From the NCBI GenBank assembly GCA_030704615.1, contig CM060732.1:74400001-74464000 (forward strand): a DNA stretch of 64,000 nucleotides, read 5' to 3'. The notes below the pieces were generated by a model. The model saw nothing but the letters and a program-made list of their open reading frames with translations, searched no databases and was not told the origin of the DNA. Numbering within the stretch: the stretch's first letter is position 1; every line of letters starts with the position of its first letter. The position numbers and the translations under genes are program-made. This document shows, in pieces, positions 1 to 12,229 of the stretch. Source of the DNA: Takakia lepidozioides (Eukaryota; Plantae; Bryophyta).

Positions 1-499
1 AATAGAGATGACGGATAGCCTACTGTAGGCACTGCGTCAGGCGATCAAAACCAGATGTTCAAGGCAATGTAACCAAGTCTGACCAACGTCTTTAGGTCCC
101 AAAACGTGAGCTTAAAGATACATCAGCCCGAGGGATGTGGCTAGCGCAAGATAGACACTAGATACCGAGAGACAAACGGTTCCACGCTAAGAAAATCTAC
201 ACAAGCGCTTAATTGAAAAAAGAATCAACTGGCCAGAGTCCAAGACTGATGATAAAGAGCATCAACACTTGAACAACTTCTCAGATGCTCACAATACACG
301 ACCAACCGATCAATTCGGTCACAACGGCTCCAAGGAAACAATACAACACAACAAGCAGAAGAACGAGAATGCGATGATGCTAGTATCCTACCGAATGGCC
401 TCTTCGTCTACAGTAACAAACAAAAATCGGGATGAAAGTCTAAACTTATTCAGAGCCACACAGCACGAGCACGGCACCACGAAAAAAAGCCAAGATGTT

Positions 500-1060
500 A
501 GTATACAATAGGCGAAGAAGCACTTACAAATACTTCGTCGTGGTGACGACGTGCAAGAAACCTCACTCCCAAAATATTCACCAAGGCTAAAAAGACACGC
601 TGATATCGCACAACAATTCTGTACAATAACTCTGAACTCCTCGAAACAGATAAAGAACGATCAGAACGACTCCCTCGTTCTCCCACAGATAGAAAGAAGA
701 AGAGACAGCCCGGCAGGACAAATACAGAGGCCAAAGCACACGATACTTAGGCAAGATCAGCGAGACAGTGAAAACAAACGCACAAACGAGAGAGAGAGCG
801 AGAGAGAGATGATGCGAGGGCAGCAAGCGCAACGCCCTTGAAGGGCCTGCGCCCTACTGCTGTGCCCTACGATCTCGTCGCTTCCGATCGTGCCACTTGG
901 CCGAAATCCGAGCCCCTAATCGGTGAGAGCGGCCGGGGGCCGTCGATGGCAGCGTGAGCTGGTCCAAGTGGCGTGGCGGTTTCGTAGTAGGTGAAAGAAT
1001 TAGGTCGCTGCTCGCCACACAGCCTTTTGCAATTTGCTTTTAACTAAATATATAAAAAAT
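500..1060 (-). promoter_or_regulatory. Possible promoter/5'UTR/first intron of a minus-strand gene lying left of the window
   Basis: TATA-like AT run at ~1045-1058, CT-rich leader on the minus strand at ~788-810, and a minus-strand GTAAGT donor-like site at ~522-527 followed by U-rich sequence. No coding exon identified. Confidence 0.2.
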
Positions 1061-1987
1061 ATTATCCCATATCATGGCTATCATTCCGTCAGTCGCGTAT
1101 CGAGGTACGCTGACAATAAACACCTGGAAAAGTAAAGGAAAAGCCACCGTACCTGCACGCTGGCGATTGTAACTGCCGCGGCAGCTGTACTCGCCACGTT
1201 CCCATCAATCGAACCACGGAACCCAAGGAGCCTCACAACGCAGGCCCGAATCCCGACACAGGTTCTCAAAGATCTCAGTACGTTCCCATTTCGAGTGGCG
1301 CGCGTGCGAGGCGACGCGGTGCGGCTGACAGCACGTGTCCTGTGCTGACCATGCTCAGTCAAGTCAGCTTTCGTAGACCGCAAGTCTTCCCTGACACCAT
1401 CGCATTAAATGTGGTGAGGCACGCGTTTAAGGATTGACCCCAGGATCAGCGGCTTGCTAACGGCATCATTCTGATTCCCGTGCACATTCTTTAGTCTATT
1501 CTGTGGTGGCCGTTTTGTGAGGTGGCGGGTGGCGAAGCGGCCACATCGGCTCCGATAATGATGTGGATGATAAAGTGGTGTATGAGATGAATGGAATGAC
1601 ATCATCCAAGCCGCTGCGTATTGGCTCCCGAGGGGTGTTCAGGTGGTTCAAGTAGGGAACGCACGCATGTGATTGGGCAGACTGCTGGGATAATCCGCAC
1701 GTGTGGTCGTTGGCGAAAGTAAAAGACGGGTGTGAAGTAAAAGATATGCAACATTCCAATAAGTATCGTCAACACAAGTGCAACGTGACAAGCCGAACAG
1801 CACGGCAAGAATGACTTGTGGGCCCGCCCGCTCACTGCTGCCATGCGTACTGCTTACATTTTCTTTTCTTATCATACCCAAGATATTTCTACTAGGATTC
1901 TAGGGTTGAAACAGTTTGTTTACTGAAATGTCCGACCAGTCAAAGGAAATGTTGTGTTGGCACTCACCTGGAATAGCAATTATAACA

Positions 1988-2157
1988 ACCACCAGTGGGT
2001 AGCTCAGTTGGATAGTACACTCAGTGCCACCCACGAGAGTTTGGGTTCAAATTCTGCTGCATTGTCAGGCGTACGCGCACGGGGAGGTTATTTTCTCCTC
2101 TCACTACAATGAAGGGCCCTGATTTATCTTTCGGATAATAATAATATTAATAATAAC
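1988..2157 (+). mobile_element. tRNA-derived SINE (copy 1)
   Basis: A-box TAGCTCAGTTGG (2000-2011), B-box GGTTCAAATTC (2044-2054), body GAGGTTATTTTCTCCTCTCACTAC shared exactly with the copy at 14747-14986, and a (TAA)n tail. Confidence 0.75.
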
Positions 2158-4192
2158 CGTAGGGAATCCAGTAGTTCTGTTATGTCGTCATAGTTGGAAG
2201 AGTGAAAGAGAAGGAAGCAATTTTGGACTTATTTTCGATAACCAGTGCATCACTTCAATAGCCAGAGTTTAGCCATACTAAATTCCAGCGCGGCCCGGAT
2301 GCAACTTGTTTTTATTCACGTAATTTTAGAAAAAATAAAAAATAAAATTTTATTATTACTATTATTTTAAAAAATCAATATAATGACCGGAGCAGGAAAT
2401 CTAGAAAATTGACGATAAGCACAGAAGGAGAGCATGTGGTTCACATGGTCAGATACGGGGTCAGCGTCCTTTATGGATGAAAAGTGGTCAGTGGATGTGG
2501 ACGGGACCTCTTTTGGTAAACCCGGAGCGACAAAGCTGGGGGGCCATTCAAATGGGTGGCAGGTTCATTGTTGCATATATAGCTTGCACAACTTGGGGCA
2601 AACAATATGGGATAATGTTAACCCATAATAGAGTTTGCCGCAAGAATCCTCGTCCTGAAGCTATGGACAAGAGCTATATTGCTAAATTTACCCAGATCAG
2701 AAATGGAGTCACCGTTCCCTTTCTTTTTCTTTTTCAATGGATTATTACTGATAAAACTTTTGCTTCCCCAAAATAAATAAGAGAATGATTATCCATACCT
2801 ATATCAGTGTGTACGCCACGTTGCCCCAAATTTCCTATTTATTTTTAGAGATCTCCTGGAGCGGAGAATGGGAAGAGTCCACGGTATGCCCTAGGGCTTG
2901 CGTGGAAGTCTAGATTTCGGGCACCTGCCCGGATATTTCGGTAATTTGGTTTATTTATTTTCTGGGCAGGGTTCTTGGGCAGGGACTTTGAACACGTGGA
3001 GGCGGAGTTGGAGCGGCACGAGAAATTTTCTACTATTAGGTACTGTGCTCGCGTGTCAGCTGTCCCTTACCTTTTACATAATGCCAAAATATATCAATAT
3101 GCGTCATCAACTGCTTAGTGTCCAGATGCCGTGCCGCGATGCGCTGAGAGATATTTAGGATTTGTGTAAAGAAGAGCAGAAATCACAGCCCACAAATTGT
3201 TGAATGCCATGTAAGAGGTAAAATTCTTTGTCCGGACTTTCTTTGGACTGATTGATAACAAAATGTATCTTTAGTGAAGCACTAGTCAAAAGTTTCCCCT
3301 CCCTGCCCGCTTTACGAAAATTCCCCAGGCATAGGGTGGTAAGCCGGAATTGTTTGGGGCCAGGGGAAGGTTTGTTGGCTATATCTACAAAAATGAGCAT
3401 AAAACAAATGCTTAGGGCACTTGAAGGTCGTCTTACAAGTGCTGGTGGGTTGAAAGCCCATATTAGTAAGTGATGTTAGATGCTATCCAATTTTATTTTA
3501 TTGGCTCTCTTGTAGAGAGAGACTTGGCGGAAACTTACAAGTCAATGGAGAAAATGTGGTCAAAGTACCTTACACCGTGTCAAGCCGTTGATTGGTGTAT
3601 TGTGCTGAGTCATGCTCCCTAGTCTTACCTTCCTCTTATGTTGTGCAAAAACAAAGCAAGAGAGCCAATTGCCTTGTCAGGCTTGTTTTTTTATTGAGTC
3701 CATATGTCGCGGCCCTTACCTATAGTGAAGAGATTCCACACGTCGACATTTTGAATACGAAACAACGATCTGCCTCAGTCCCTTGTCCTGGAAACCGAAG
3801 ATTTCAAAGGACGCCCTGCCTTTCTTGTAGCTCCAGGTTCATAGAAGCCATTCATTTTTCTAGTGAACTATGAATGCGACAGAAAGTCATACCCAATAAG
3901 CAGGAACTCTCAAAACCTGTTGGTTCAGCTGATGATCATTGTTTGTGTTGTTGTGTGAAACAGATACGTCCGTGTCTTTCTCATACTTCATGTGCAGACG
4001 ACCCTCTGTTTGGAGGGTTGGACATAGAAAAAGAACCTTTTGTAACTTCGAGAACTCTAGAGATTTTCTTTCTTGAAAATGCAAAATTATAGGTGAGGAA
4101 TCCCTAACAATCCACATGTCTGTGGCCTAGCAAGACTGTTCATTAGCAAGCCACATAGGCTGTTTTTTATGCAAAAGAGGCTGGATCTCGGC

Positions 4193-4692
4193 TGTTCATG
4201 CTGTTTGTTAGTACAAGTCTTGAACCTGCAATCTAACAGGCTGCATTCACATTCCCTTGATACCTTGTATGAGCACATGTCTCGGGGTGAATACAAATGA
4301 TATAGAATCTACTTCATCTAGATCAAGTTGGACTGCTTGGTGGGATACTAAGATTCTGACAAAATGCAGGCTGGTCTTTATGCCTTGGCTGATGCATGAC
4401 CTGCCATAATTAATGGCTGAATTGGTAAGTTGCTAGTATATGTACAGGCTGAACCAAGAGGGCTTGCAGCATGCACAGGGGCAGCAATATCTTATCTTGT
4501 CCCACACAAGAACAAACCCCACCCTCCCACCCTGTTTTGTCTTGGATGATTGGGTGGTGTCTTTTGGGATGATTTGACAAGACTGGAAATGTGAGATAGT
4601 GCCCTATCCAGGGCTGTTTATGTCTTTAATTGACAATGACCCTTATGGGTCTTGTCCATGTCTTGACATGACGTGAATATCTTCCCTCTCTC
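4193..4692 (+). repeat. ~500-bp direct repeat R, copy 1
   Basis: Colinear with 8444-8944, roughly 95% identical by eye, differences mostly transitions. Confidence 0.95.
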
Positions 4693-4789
4693 CCTGTTCC
4701 AGTGTACTTAGTGGTGTTTGTACACACTATCTACCATCTTCTTTTCTTGTTTCTGATTCACCATGGTATCATACTGACATGGTTTTTTT

Positions 4790-6315
4790 TTGGCTGACCT
4801 GGCAGAAAGCCAGCAAGGCTGTGCTTGAATGGAAGGATGAGCTTAAAGCACTCGGATATCAGCTGCCCCTACCGCCTCCAATTCCAGCAGTGCAAGCTAC
4901 ACTTGCACAGATAAAGTAGGTGACTTCCATGCCACCTTACAAAAGCTAGAATTTGAAGCTTTTGAAGAAGCTGGTGATAACCGGCCTGTCTTCTTACTTG
5001 AGACCTTAGCTTTAGATGATTGGGTTGCTCTTGGCATTTCAGCGAACAAGAATGGGAAGTGGTTGGAAAAAATCCAGAAGTACCATTCTAAGTTGATGGA
5101 GATTCTGGATGATGATACTACTGAGGTTAGTGCTTGGGAAAAGAAGGGTTCCTCCATTGAAGGGCTAACAATGAAGATGCCCTACCTGTACCTACACAGA
5201 GATCTTCGACCACTGTTGAAAAGGACTTTGTACCCTCAGTGAGTAATCACCCAATTCTGCGTTGTATGGATGTACCTGATGAAGAAAAAGAAGCTGTAAA
5301 AGACTTTTTTGACCAGGTTGTGCTCTCCCAAGTGGAACAGGACCGGGTTGCTGGTGCTACGTCAGGCAACCAGCAATTTGTCCCTTGGTTACCCCCTAGG
5401 GCGGTCGAGCTTGAGGTGGCCAACAATGACCACATGATGTGGCATCCCACGGCTAACATCAATCTGCTGGCCCCTATTTCGATTGACATGTGGGTCAAAT
5501 GGAGGAACATTACACCAATTGAAAGGACCAGATGTGCACAGGATGCCAAAGACAGCTTCCAGAGGTTCAAAAAGGAGCCAATTGCCTTGGCATGGCCTCT
5601 ACGGACCTTTTATTACAAGCTTTGTGATCAAGGTGAGAACTTGACCTTACGGACCAAGAACGACCTGCCTACTGGCTCTACCAGATCTAAGAATCACAAA
5701 AGTCAGCTGTTCAATTGGCATAGGCCTTACATTCGGTGTAATTGTGGGTCTGGAAATGCTTCATCTGGTTGTGTTGGTAGTGTTTCTTGGTTTGATCACT
5801 TGGTATGGTATATGTTGAATAACCTAACGGTTTTCTTCCCTGATGATACATACCCTTCCATTCAAACCAAGTATTATAATTTTCTGGTCTGGATAATGAA
5901 GGCAGCCAGATCTGCCGTACTGGCACAGATTACCTTCCAGATGATCCGGGAATTTATTATGGAGGCAGCCTGCGAATTTGCAGCTGATCCTTATGTTAAG
6001 GTACTGATAAGGCTGGGAGAATCCAAGACAGCCCAATACATTGAGAAGATGCTAAAACCTGGTACTTTTTCGGACAACCAGCCTAAGCCTCAGTTCAGTA
6101 ATTACAAAAGGCAACGTATGGAGGGGCAGACGCCTCACCAACAGGGTAAAACATATGCTTCTCAAGGAAGAGGTACCCCGGTACGTGGAAGAGGCCTATA
6201 CCAAAGGGGTGGACACTCTGGCCGGATGCAAACTCCTGCCAACACATCTGAGAATACCAGATTTACGAACCACTCTCCACCGGGTGGATCGGGGTCTAAT
6301 TCCCTTATGGAGTGA
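4790..6315 (+). pseudogene. Gag-like ORF resembling ORF1 of tyrosine-recombinase (DIRS/Ngaro-type) retrotransposons; frameshifted 5' part with possible SAM-like helical domain
   Basis: 358-aa open frame 5239-6315 with pattern SW..LV.Y....VFFP......Y..FL..I..A....F..I.EF......AADP followed by an RG-rich basic tail. Upstream disrupted frame LQKLEFEAFEEAG..LETLALDDWVALGIS. No RT or recombinase follows. Confidence 0.4.
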
Positions 6316-6899
6316 GTGTGGTATGCACTCACCCCGTAAGGGAGTGCATACCAGACCCCTTCATAGGTGTTCTCCCTCTGTAATGTAGTTTCCCAACCTC
6401 GGACACATTCGCCACAGGGGCAGGAAAGACCTATATCCCCTCCTCACACTTGCTTAAACCATTGATCAGTGCTGGACCCACAACTGGGTCTGATGGATCA
6501 AAAGAAGTGACAAAAGAGAATGGGACAAACCCCTTCATACAATGGTACTTGCTTGAAATGTACAGGATTAAGCATCCTTGGTCATGTGTAGATAATTAGC
6601 TACCATGAACGTCAGGTATCAGCTTGCATATATCCAAAAGTAAGATCATAAAGATACATGCACATAGATGAGAGGAGTATACCAGGTCACGTGTCCTGCC
6701 ATGATCCGAAATCCCGTTTGCGGATCGGGGAGAACCCTTCTGAACTCCTCCGGGTCTTGTATGACTCTTGGCTGGCAATGTTGATGGTATACCAGGGGCT
6801 GGTTGGTGGGTGCCCCCTCTCTCCCTCTGTCTCCCTCTCTACTGGGAATTGGCAGTTTGCTATCAGTGTGGATTTTTTGTTTTCTCATCCTCTATCAGG

Positions 6900-7410
6900 C
6901 TTTTTCATCCATACCGGATGAGCCACCAGGATGGACAATGAATTACCTCTAGGATGGTTCTTTTGGCCTTTTCATTCCTCCTCTGTTGACTCTCATCCAT
7001 ACCGGATGAGTCACCATGGAAGAAAAGAATTACCTCTATGGAGGTTGCCAACAACATCCTATTTTTCCATCCGTACCGGATGAAAAACTACCAGGGTGAT
7101 AATTTTTCATTCCTCTTTTATTGACTCTTTTTTATCCATACCGGATGGTCTGGTAAGGAATGATAGAATTACCTAGATGGAGGTAAGGCGCTGCCACGGA
7201 TGATATTCCCTACTTTTTCATCCTGACACAAGTGATCTGTCTCTGGATGATGTGATTATGACCTGGAATTGATCTTTACTACCCCTAATTATGATTAATT
7301 ACGGTGGAAACCCTAACCACTACCCCAAAACCTATTTTTAACCTTGCTACGGATGAAATCTGTCAGGGTATATGGATTCGTCCTACTGTTTGTCATCCAC
7401 GGATGAATAA
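6900..7410. repeat. Array of short palindromes TCATCC-ATACC-GGATGA (probable transposon subterminal repeats)
   Basis: Copies at ~6905, ~6993, ~7067, ~7134 plus degenerate GGATGA units to ~7407, with recurring GAATTACCTCT spacers. Confidence 0.7.
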
Positions 7411-8443
7411 TCGGGGGACAACCCTATGTCGTCTCTCCCGCTGTCAAAAGCACGAGATGCGCTTCTGAGCTCGCGAGGAGAGTGTTATGGCGGGCGTGCT
7501 TCGGTGGCTGCCCCGTTTGTGGTGTCGTACCCATGCTGGACGAGCGCCTGGGGGGGCGCGAAGGCGGTGCCTTGTCTCTCTTGCAGCGGGAAACACCGCT
7601 ATGAAAGCAGTGGCATCTTCCCTCCTCTGGCTTTTTTTGTGCTTAGCAAGGATGCTTATGATAGGAAGTTCTCTCCCTCCTTTCTAGTGCCTTGCGATTG
7701 TGCCTACTTTGCTTCATTGCTTATGTGCTTTGTGGAGGCGGCTTGCTGCAGGTGGTGATGGCGCATAACCCTCTTCCCCAATCGCTTAAGGTGCCTTTGG
7801 AGTTTAGGGATTCTCATGTTCTTATCTCTTTCTCTTGCTTTTGAGTTTCTTAGTTGACATCGATGACAAGTGTGAGGGTCTGTGATTCACCTGAGGTTCC
7901 ACAATCCTCACTAACCTGTTGGTTTTTGTGGGGGCTTGTGATGGGACCAGGTGAGGATCCTCACCTACTTTGAAGTTTCTTGAGCATGCAGATTGGGATA
8001 TGGGCTGAGGAGACCTAGGGTTGTGCACGCTGTGAGGTGGCTGCTGGCTGCAGCCCCGATTTCAACCCAACTACCCTTGACTTGATATGTTCCAGCTTGC
8101 GTTCTGGCCTTTGTCGTTCTGCCGCCGATGCGCAGCTCGGCCTGACGGGCTTGTTTCCTGAGGCTTGCATACAAACCATACCCTACCTTTTAATCTTTGA
8201 CAACATAGCATGTGGATTACTAAGCTAGGTTGTAAGTTATTTTGGCCAAAGAGGATCTGGTTTTTGGTGGTATGTATTTGGCGGTTTTGGGTAACTATGG
8301 ATCTGATGGCCTTGAAGTTTAAGGCGGCAGCCTGGTAGGGTACTACCCTGCTCCTTGTCAGGCATACTTCGAATGTGTACTGGATCGTAGTAAGGTGTTC
8401 TTTGCATGTCTTAGCATGGAACTCCTGAAGGATGAGGATGGTA

Positions 8444-8944
8444 TGTTCATGCTGTTTGTTGGTACAAGTCTTGAACCTGCAATCTGACAGGCTGCATTCA
8501 CATTCCCTTGATACCTTGTATGAGCACATGTCTCGGGGTGAATACAAATGATATGGAATCTACTTCATCTGGATCAAGTTGGACTGCTTGGTGGGATACT
8601 GAGATTCTGACAAAATGCAGGCTGGTCCTTATGCCTTGGCTGATGCATGACCTGCCATAATTAATGGCTGAATTGGTAAGCTGCTGGTATATATACAGGC
8701 TGAACCAAGAGGGCTTGTAGCATGCACATGGACAACAATATCTTATCTTGTCCCACACAAGAACAAACCCCGCCCCCCCCACCCTGTTTTGTCTTGGATG
8801 ATTGGGTGGTGTCTTTTGGGATGATTGGACAAGACTGGAAATGTGAGATAGTGCCCTATTCAGGGCTGTTTATGTCTTTAATTGACAATGACCCTTATGG
8901 GTCTTGTCCATGTCTTGACATGACGTGAATATCTTCCCTCTCTC
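8444..8944 (+). repeat. ~500-bp direct repeat R, copy 2
   Basis: Matches 4193-4692. Confidence 0.95.
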
Positions 8945-9185
8945 TTATTAACTTTTTCTACCCCCTCTTTGGTTTTTTTTTTTGTGTGAGCAGCACGTAA
9001 GAGAGGGAAGATATACATGTCATGTCAAGACATGGACAAGACCACTAAGGTCATTGTCATTGAAAGACAAAGCAGCCCTTTACAGGGCACCATCTAACAA
9101 CCCCTTCCATGTTTACCATCTCATTTGAATATCCCATTACATTTCAGGGTACCTGAAAAAACAGGGTGGGAGGGTGGGATTCTTG

Positions 9186-9732
9186 GTCAATCATATTATG
9201 AAAGCACCATAGTTTGACATACAACGATCACCACCATACTTGCCGATTGTAACATCATTTCAAAAACCAGATTGCAGGTCTGGAGATAAATCTCGAGAGC
9301 CAAGCACATAGTACTTTAAATTGCAATTGAAACAGCAAGCCATACATGTCTTAAGCATTTGCCTGTTGACATAATGATTCCTCATTTTTTGTTGACATGG
9401 GTCAAGCCTTACATAATCTAGTTCTTGAGCCATTCATCTTCCTAAAAAGGCATCATGTGTTGTCTTGAAACCGATCTATCAGTGCCAAGACACATGCAAG
9501 ATTCATAAAGTAGAAACGGGGCTAAGTTTTTTCAGGCATATGCAGGCCTGGATTGGTATTCCGGGGCCTCATAAACAGCTCTGTCAGGGTAAAAAATAAA
9601 TAACTCAGAATTCCAGGTCAATCATATCATGAAAGCACCATGGTTTAATAAAAAAATTCCCCTATACTTGCAGATTGTACCTCCATTTCAGAAACCAGAT
9701 TGCAGGTCTAGAGATAATCTCCAGAACCAAGC
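9186..9732 (+). repeat. ~120-bp internal direct repeat (9186-9305 and 9616-9732)
   Basis: Shared GGTCAATCATAT.ATGAAAGCACCAT...ACCAGATTGCAGGTCT.GAGATAA. Confidence 0.8.
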
Positions 9733-10699
9733 CCTTCAAGCAACAAGTGTCTTTCTTGCTTAGTTTTATCTAAGTAAGAATATCTCTACACCTAGCAAGG
9801 TGTGACCAGGTTTAGGCCATGAAAAAGTATTTAAAACTGAAATGTTAGGCTACTTGCTGGATCATAAAGGTTATTGTTTTAGAATCAGTTTTTGAATAAG
9901 TCGCCTTCCTAAAAAAACAGCCAGCCTGAAGGTATCATAGCATTGCAAATGAATGAGCAAGCATTACATGCAATGACATGGCTTATTTGAGTCTTTGTAA
10001 GGAGCTGCAGGTCTGGAATGGAATTCCAGGACTTCATGATCAAAACTCTGCCAGGGTAGAAGGTTAGAAGCACACAACACCTACCAGCAACTGTCCCCTA
10101 TCATGCAATGAAATCACGGTGATATGAGAGCCTTGAAGACTGTTTGTTATCAAACAAGGTCTATCTTCTGATCCATCAAAGCCAGGCCATGATGTTTCAT
10201 TTCAGAGCCTAGTTTCCATGCAGCCAGAGTTATAGCTGCAGCCCTATACCTTTGTTGAAAACAGCCAGAGCCTTCAGTAGAGATTTTGTTTTCTATGAAG
10301 TCCCTTGTGTGTCTTAACTCCAAAACATGTAGAAGTGGTCATCAAGAACCAAAAACAAGGGTAAGGAGTAAGAAGGTGATCCTCATTAGAGCAGACTTGA
10401 AGCCGTTTTGAGGCAGCAAGGTGGCAGATTTGAAACAGCAATTGGCATCAGCAGCTTCAGGTGGTAGCAGCAATCCCTTATGCAAGAATCAGACTCTGCA
10501 AGCTTCGAGAATTCAAGACAAGTGAAGACCCTCACCTGTGCCCGTCCCAAAAACCACCACATAAAGATGTGTGTTCGTGAGGATGCATCAGGTGAGTGGC
10601 AGGTCTTCACAGTTGCTATCCATGTCAGTGCTGAATTCTAAAGCATGTACAGATCACAATAGTGCTACTTGTGGTGGGTAATCCTTTCCAGATTGGTGG

Positions 10700-11760
10700 A
10701 GGGCCCCTGTTTTGCAATGATGGCTGAGACTGTCTTGCCTTGCTTTGCCTTGTCTTGTTGTGCCTTGCCTTGCCTCCAACCTGTCAGGTTAAGCATAAAG
10801 GCACTACAATGTATTGTTTGCGGCAGCCCTTTGGGTACCTTCCCGTGCATTGTTTAAACCCTGCAATGGTGGCTGAGTTATGGTGGTTTGTGTGGGATAC
10901 ATACATCAGTTTTTAGGCCCTGATTTGCTTTGCCTCTGGTCTGTTAGGGTAAACATATAGGTGCTGCAAGTTATAGTTTGTTGTAGCCCTTTGGGTACCT
11001 TCCCGGACAGTGTTTAACCCTACAATGATGGCTGAGAATATGGTGACTTGCGAGGGACACACACATCAGTTTTTAGGCCCCGGCTTACTTGGCTTCAGCT
11101 TGTTAAGAAACCTGGCAATGATGGCAAAGACCATGGTGGTTCGTGTGGGACACACACATCAGCTTGTAGCCTTTTTTTTGCTTTGTCTCCAGTCTGTGAG
11201 GTTTAACATACAGGTGCTGACTATGATGGCTTGTGTGGGACACACACATCAATTCTTAGGCCCTTGCAATGATGGCTGAGAAGATGGTGACTTGTGTGGG
11301 ACACACAAATTAATTCTTAGGCCATGGTCTAACTGGCTTTCAGCTTGTTAATAAACATGGCAATGATGGCAAAGATTATGGTGGCTTGTGTGGGACACAC
11401 ACATCAGTTTTTAGGCCCTGGTCTATTTGGCTTTCAGCTTGTTAATAAACCTGGCAATAATGGCAAAGATTATGATGGTTTGTGTGGGACACACACATCA
11501 GTTTGTGGGTCCTGTTTTGCTTTGTCTCCAACCTGTTAGGTTAAACATACAGGTGCTGAATATGATGGCTTGTATGGGACACACACATCAGTTTTTTGGC
11601 CTTGGTTAACCTTACAATGATGGCAAAGATTATGATGGTTTGTGGGACACACACATCAGTTTTTTGGCCGTGGTTTACTTGGCTTTCATCTTGATAATAA
11701 ACCTAGCAATGACGGCAAAGATTATGGTGGTTTGTGTGGGACACACACATTAATATGGCC
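10700..11760 (+). repeat. Degenerate minisatellite array with core TGTGTGGGACACACACATCAGTT
   Basis: About ten core copies interleaved with GCAATGATGGCAAAGATTATGG modules. Confidence 0.9.
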
Positions 11761-11971
11761 AAGTGCCCACCATCCCACCCAGACCTCTGAATGTATATTG
11801 GCATGGAGGTAATTCTGGATTTTCCAGCTTGATGATTGATGGATGGTGCCACTGAAAAGTGGCTGATATGTCTGATTATTCTTATTTTTCCTGACAACGA
11901 CCCTAGGGGTCTTGTCCTTGTCTTGACATGACAAAAGTATCTTATCTATCTCTCTCTTTTTAATTTTTTCT

Positions 11972-12034
11972 ACAGAGGGGTCAACTCCGAGGTTAAGAAA
12001 ACCATGCTTTGTCGCATTATTAGACCTACCTTGG
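11972..12034 (+). mobile_element. 5'-truncated LINE copy, left piece (interrupted by the hAT insertion)
   Basis: Matches ~59796-59857 of the long LINE and continues at 25106. Left TSD TTTTTAATTTTTTCTACA (11957-11974). Confidence 0.9.
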
Positions 12035-12229
12035 CCTCGCAGGTTGCACACGTCAGTGACGTCACGTCGGACCTGACGCTGACGCAACCAACGTCACGTC
12101 AGTTTTGCCGAAAAATCAGTAAAACATGAGTTACGTGAAAAATATGTCACGTAGGTGGACACGTTGTATTCCAAACGACACCTTGGCAAGTGAATGAATT
12201 GTTTTATAAATTACTCGATCTGCCAATAG

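Larger units (their letters stand above)
9001..11957. mobile_element. Non-autonomous element with ~190-bp imperfect inverted ends related to the 3' end of repeat R
   Basis: Left end GAGAGGGAAGATATACATGTCATGTCAAGACATGGACAAGACC is the approximate reverse complement of TCTTGTCCTTGTCTTGACATGACAAAAGTATCTT..CTCTC at 11910-11957 and of the R end. CCCACC.TCCCACCC subterminal motif conserved. No transposase or clear TSD. Confidence 0.6.

Noticed and set aside
1124-1152. 29-nt GT..AG mini-intron on the minus strand
   Set aside because: Too short for typical plant introns and no supported coding exons around it.
1995-2060. Functional tRNA gene
   Set aside because: No complete cloverleaf or acceptor stem; continues into a SINE body shared with a second copy.
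8037-8228. KDZ-transposase-like YDxAC motif (IFDNIAC)
   Set aside because: Single short motif; the other KDZ motifs could not be found in consistent order, so no call is made.
10700-11760. Repeated peptide ORFs (VCVGHTHQF)
   Set aside because: Translation products of a minisatellite in shifting frames.
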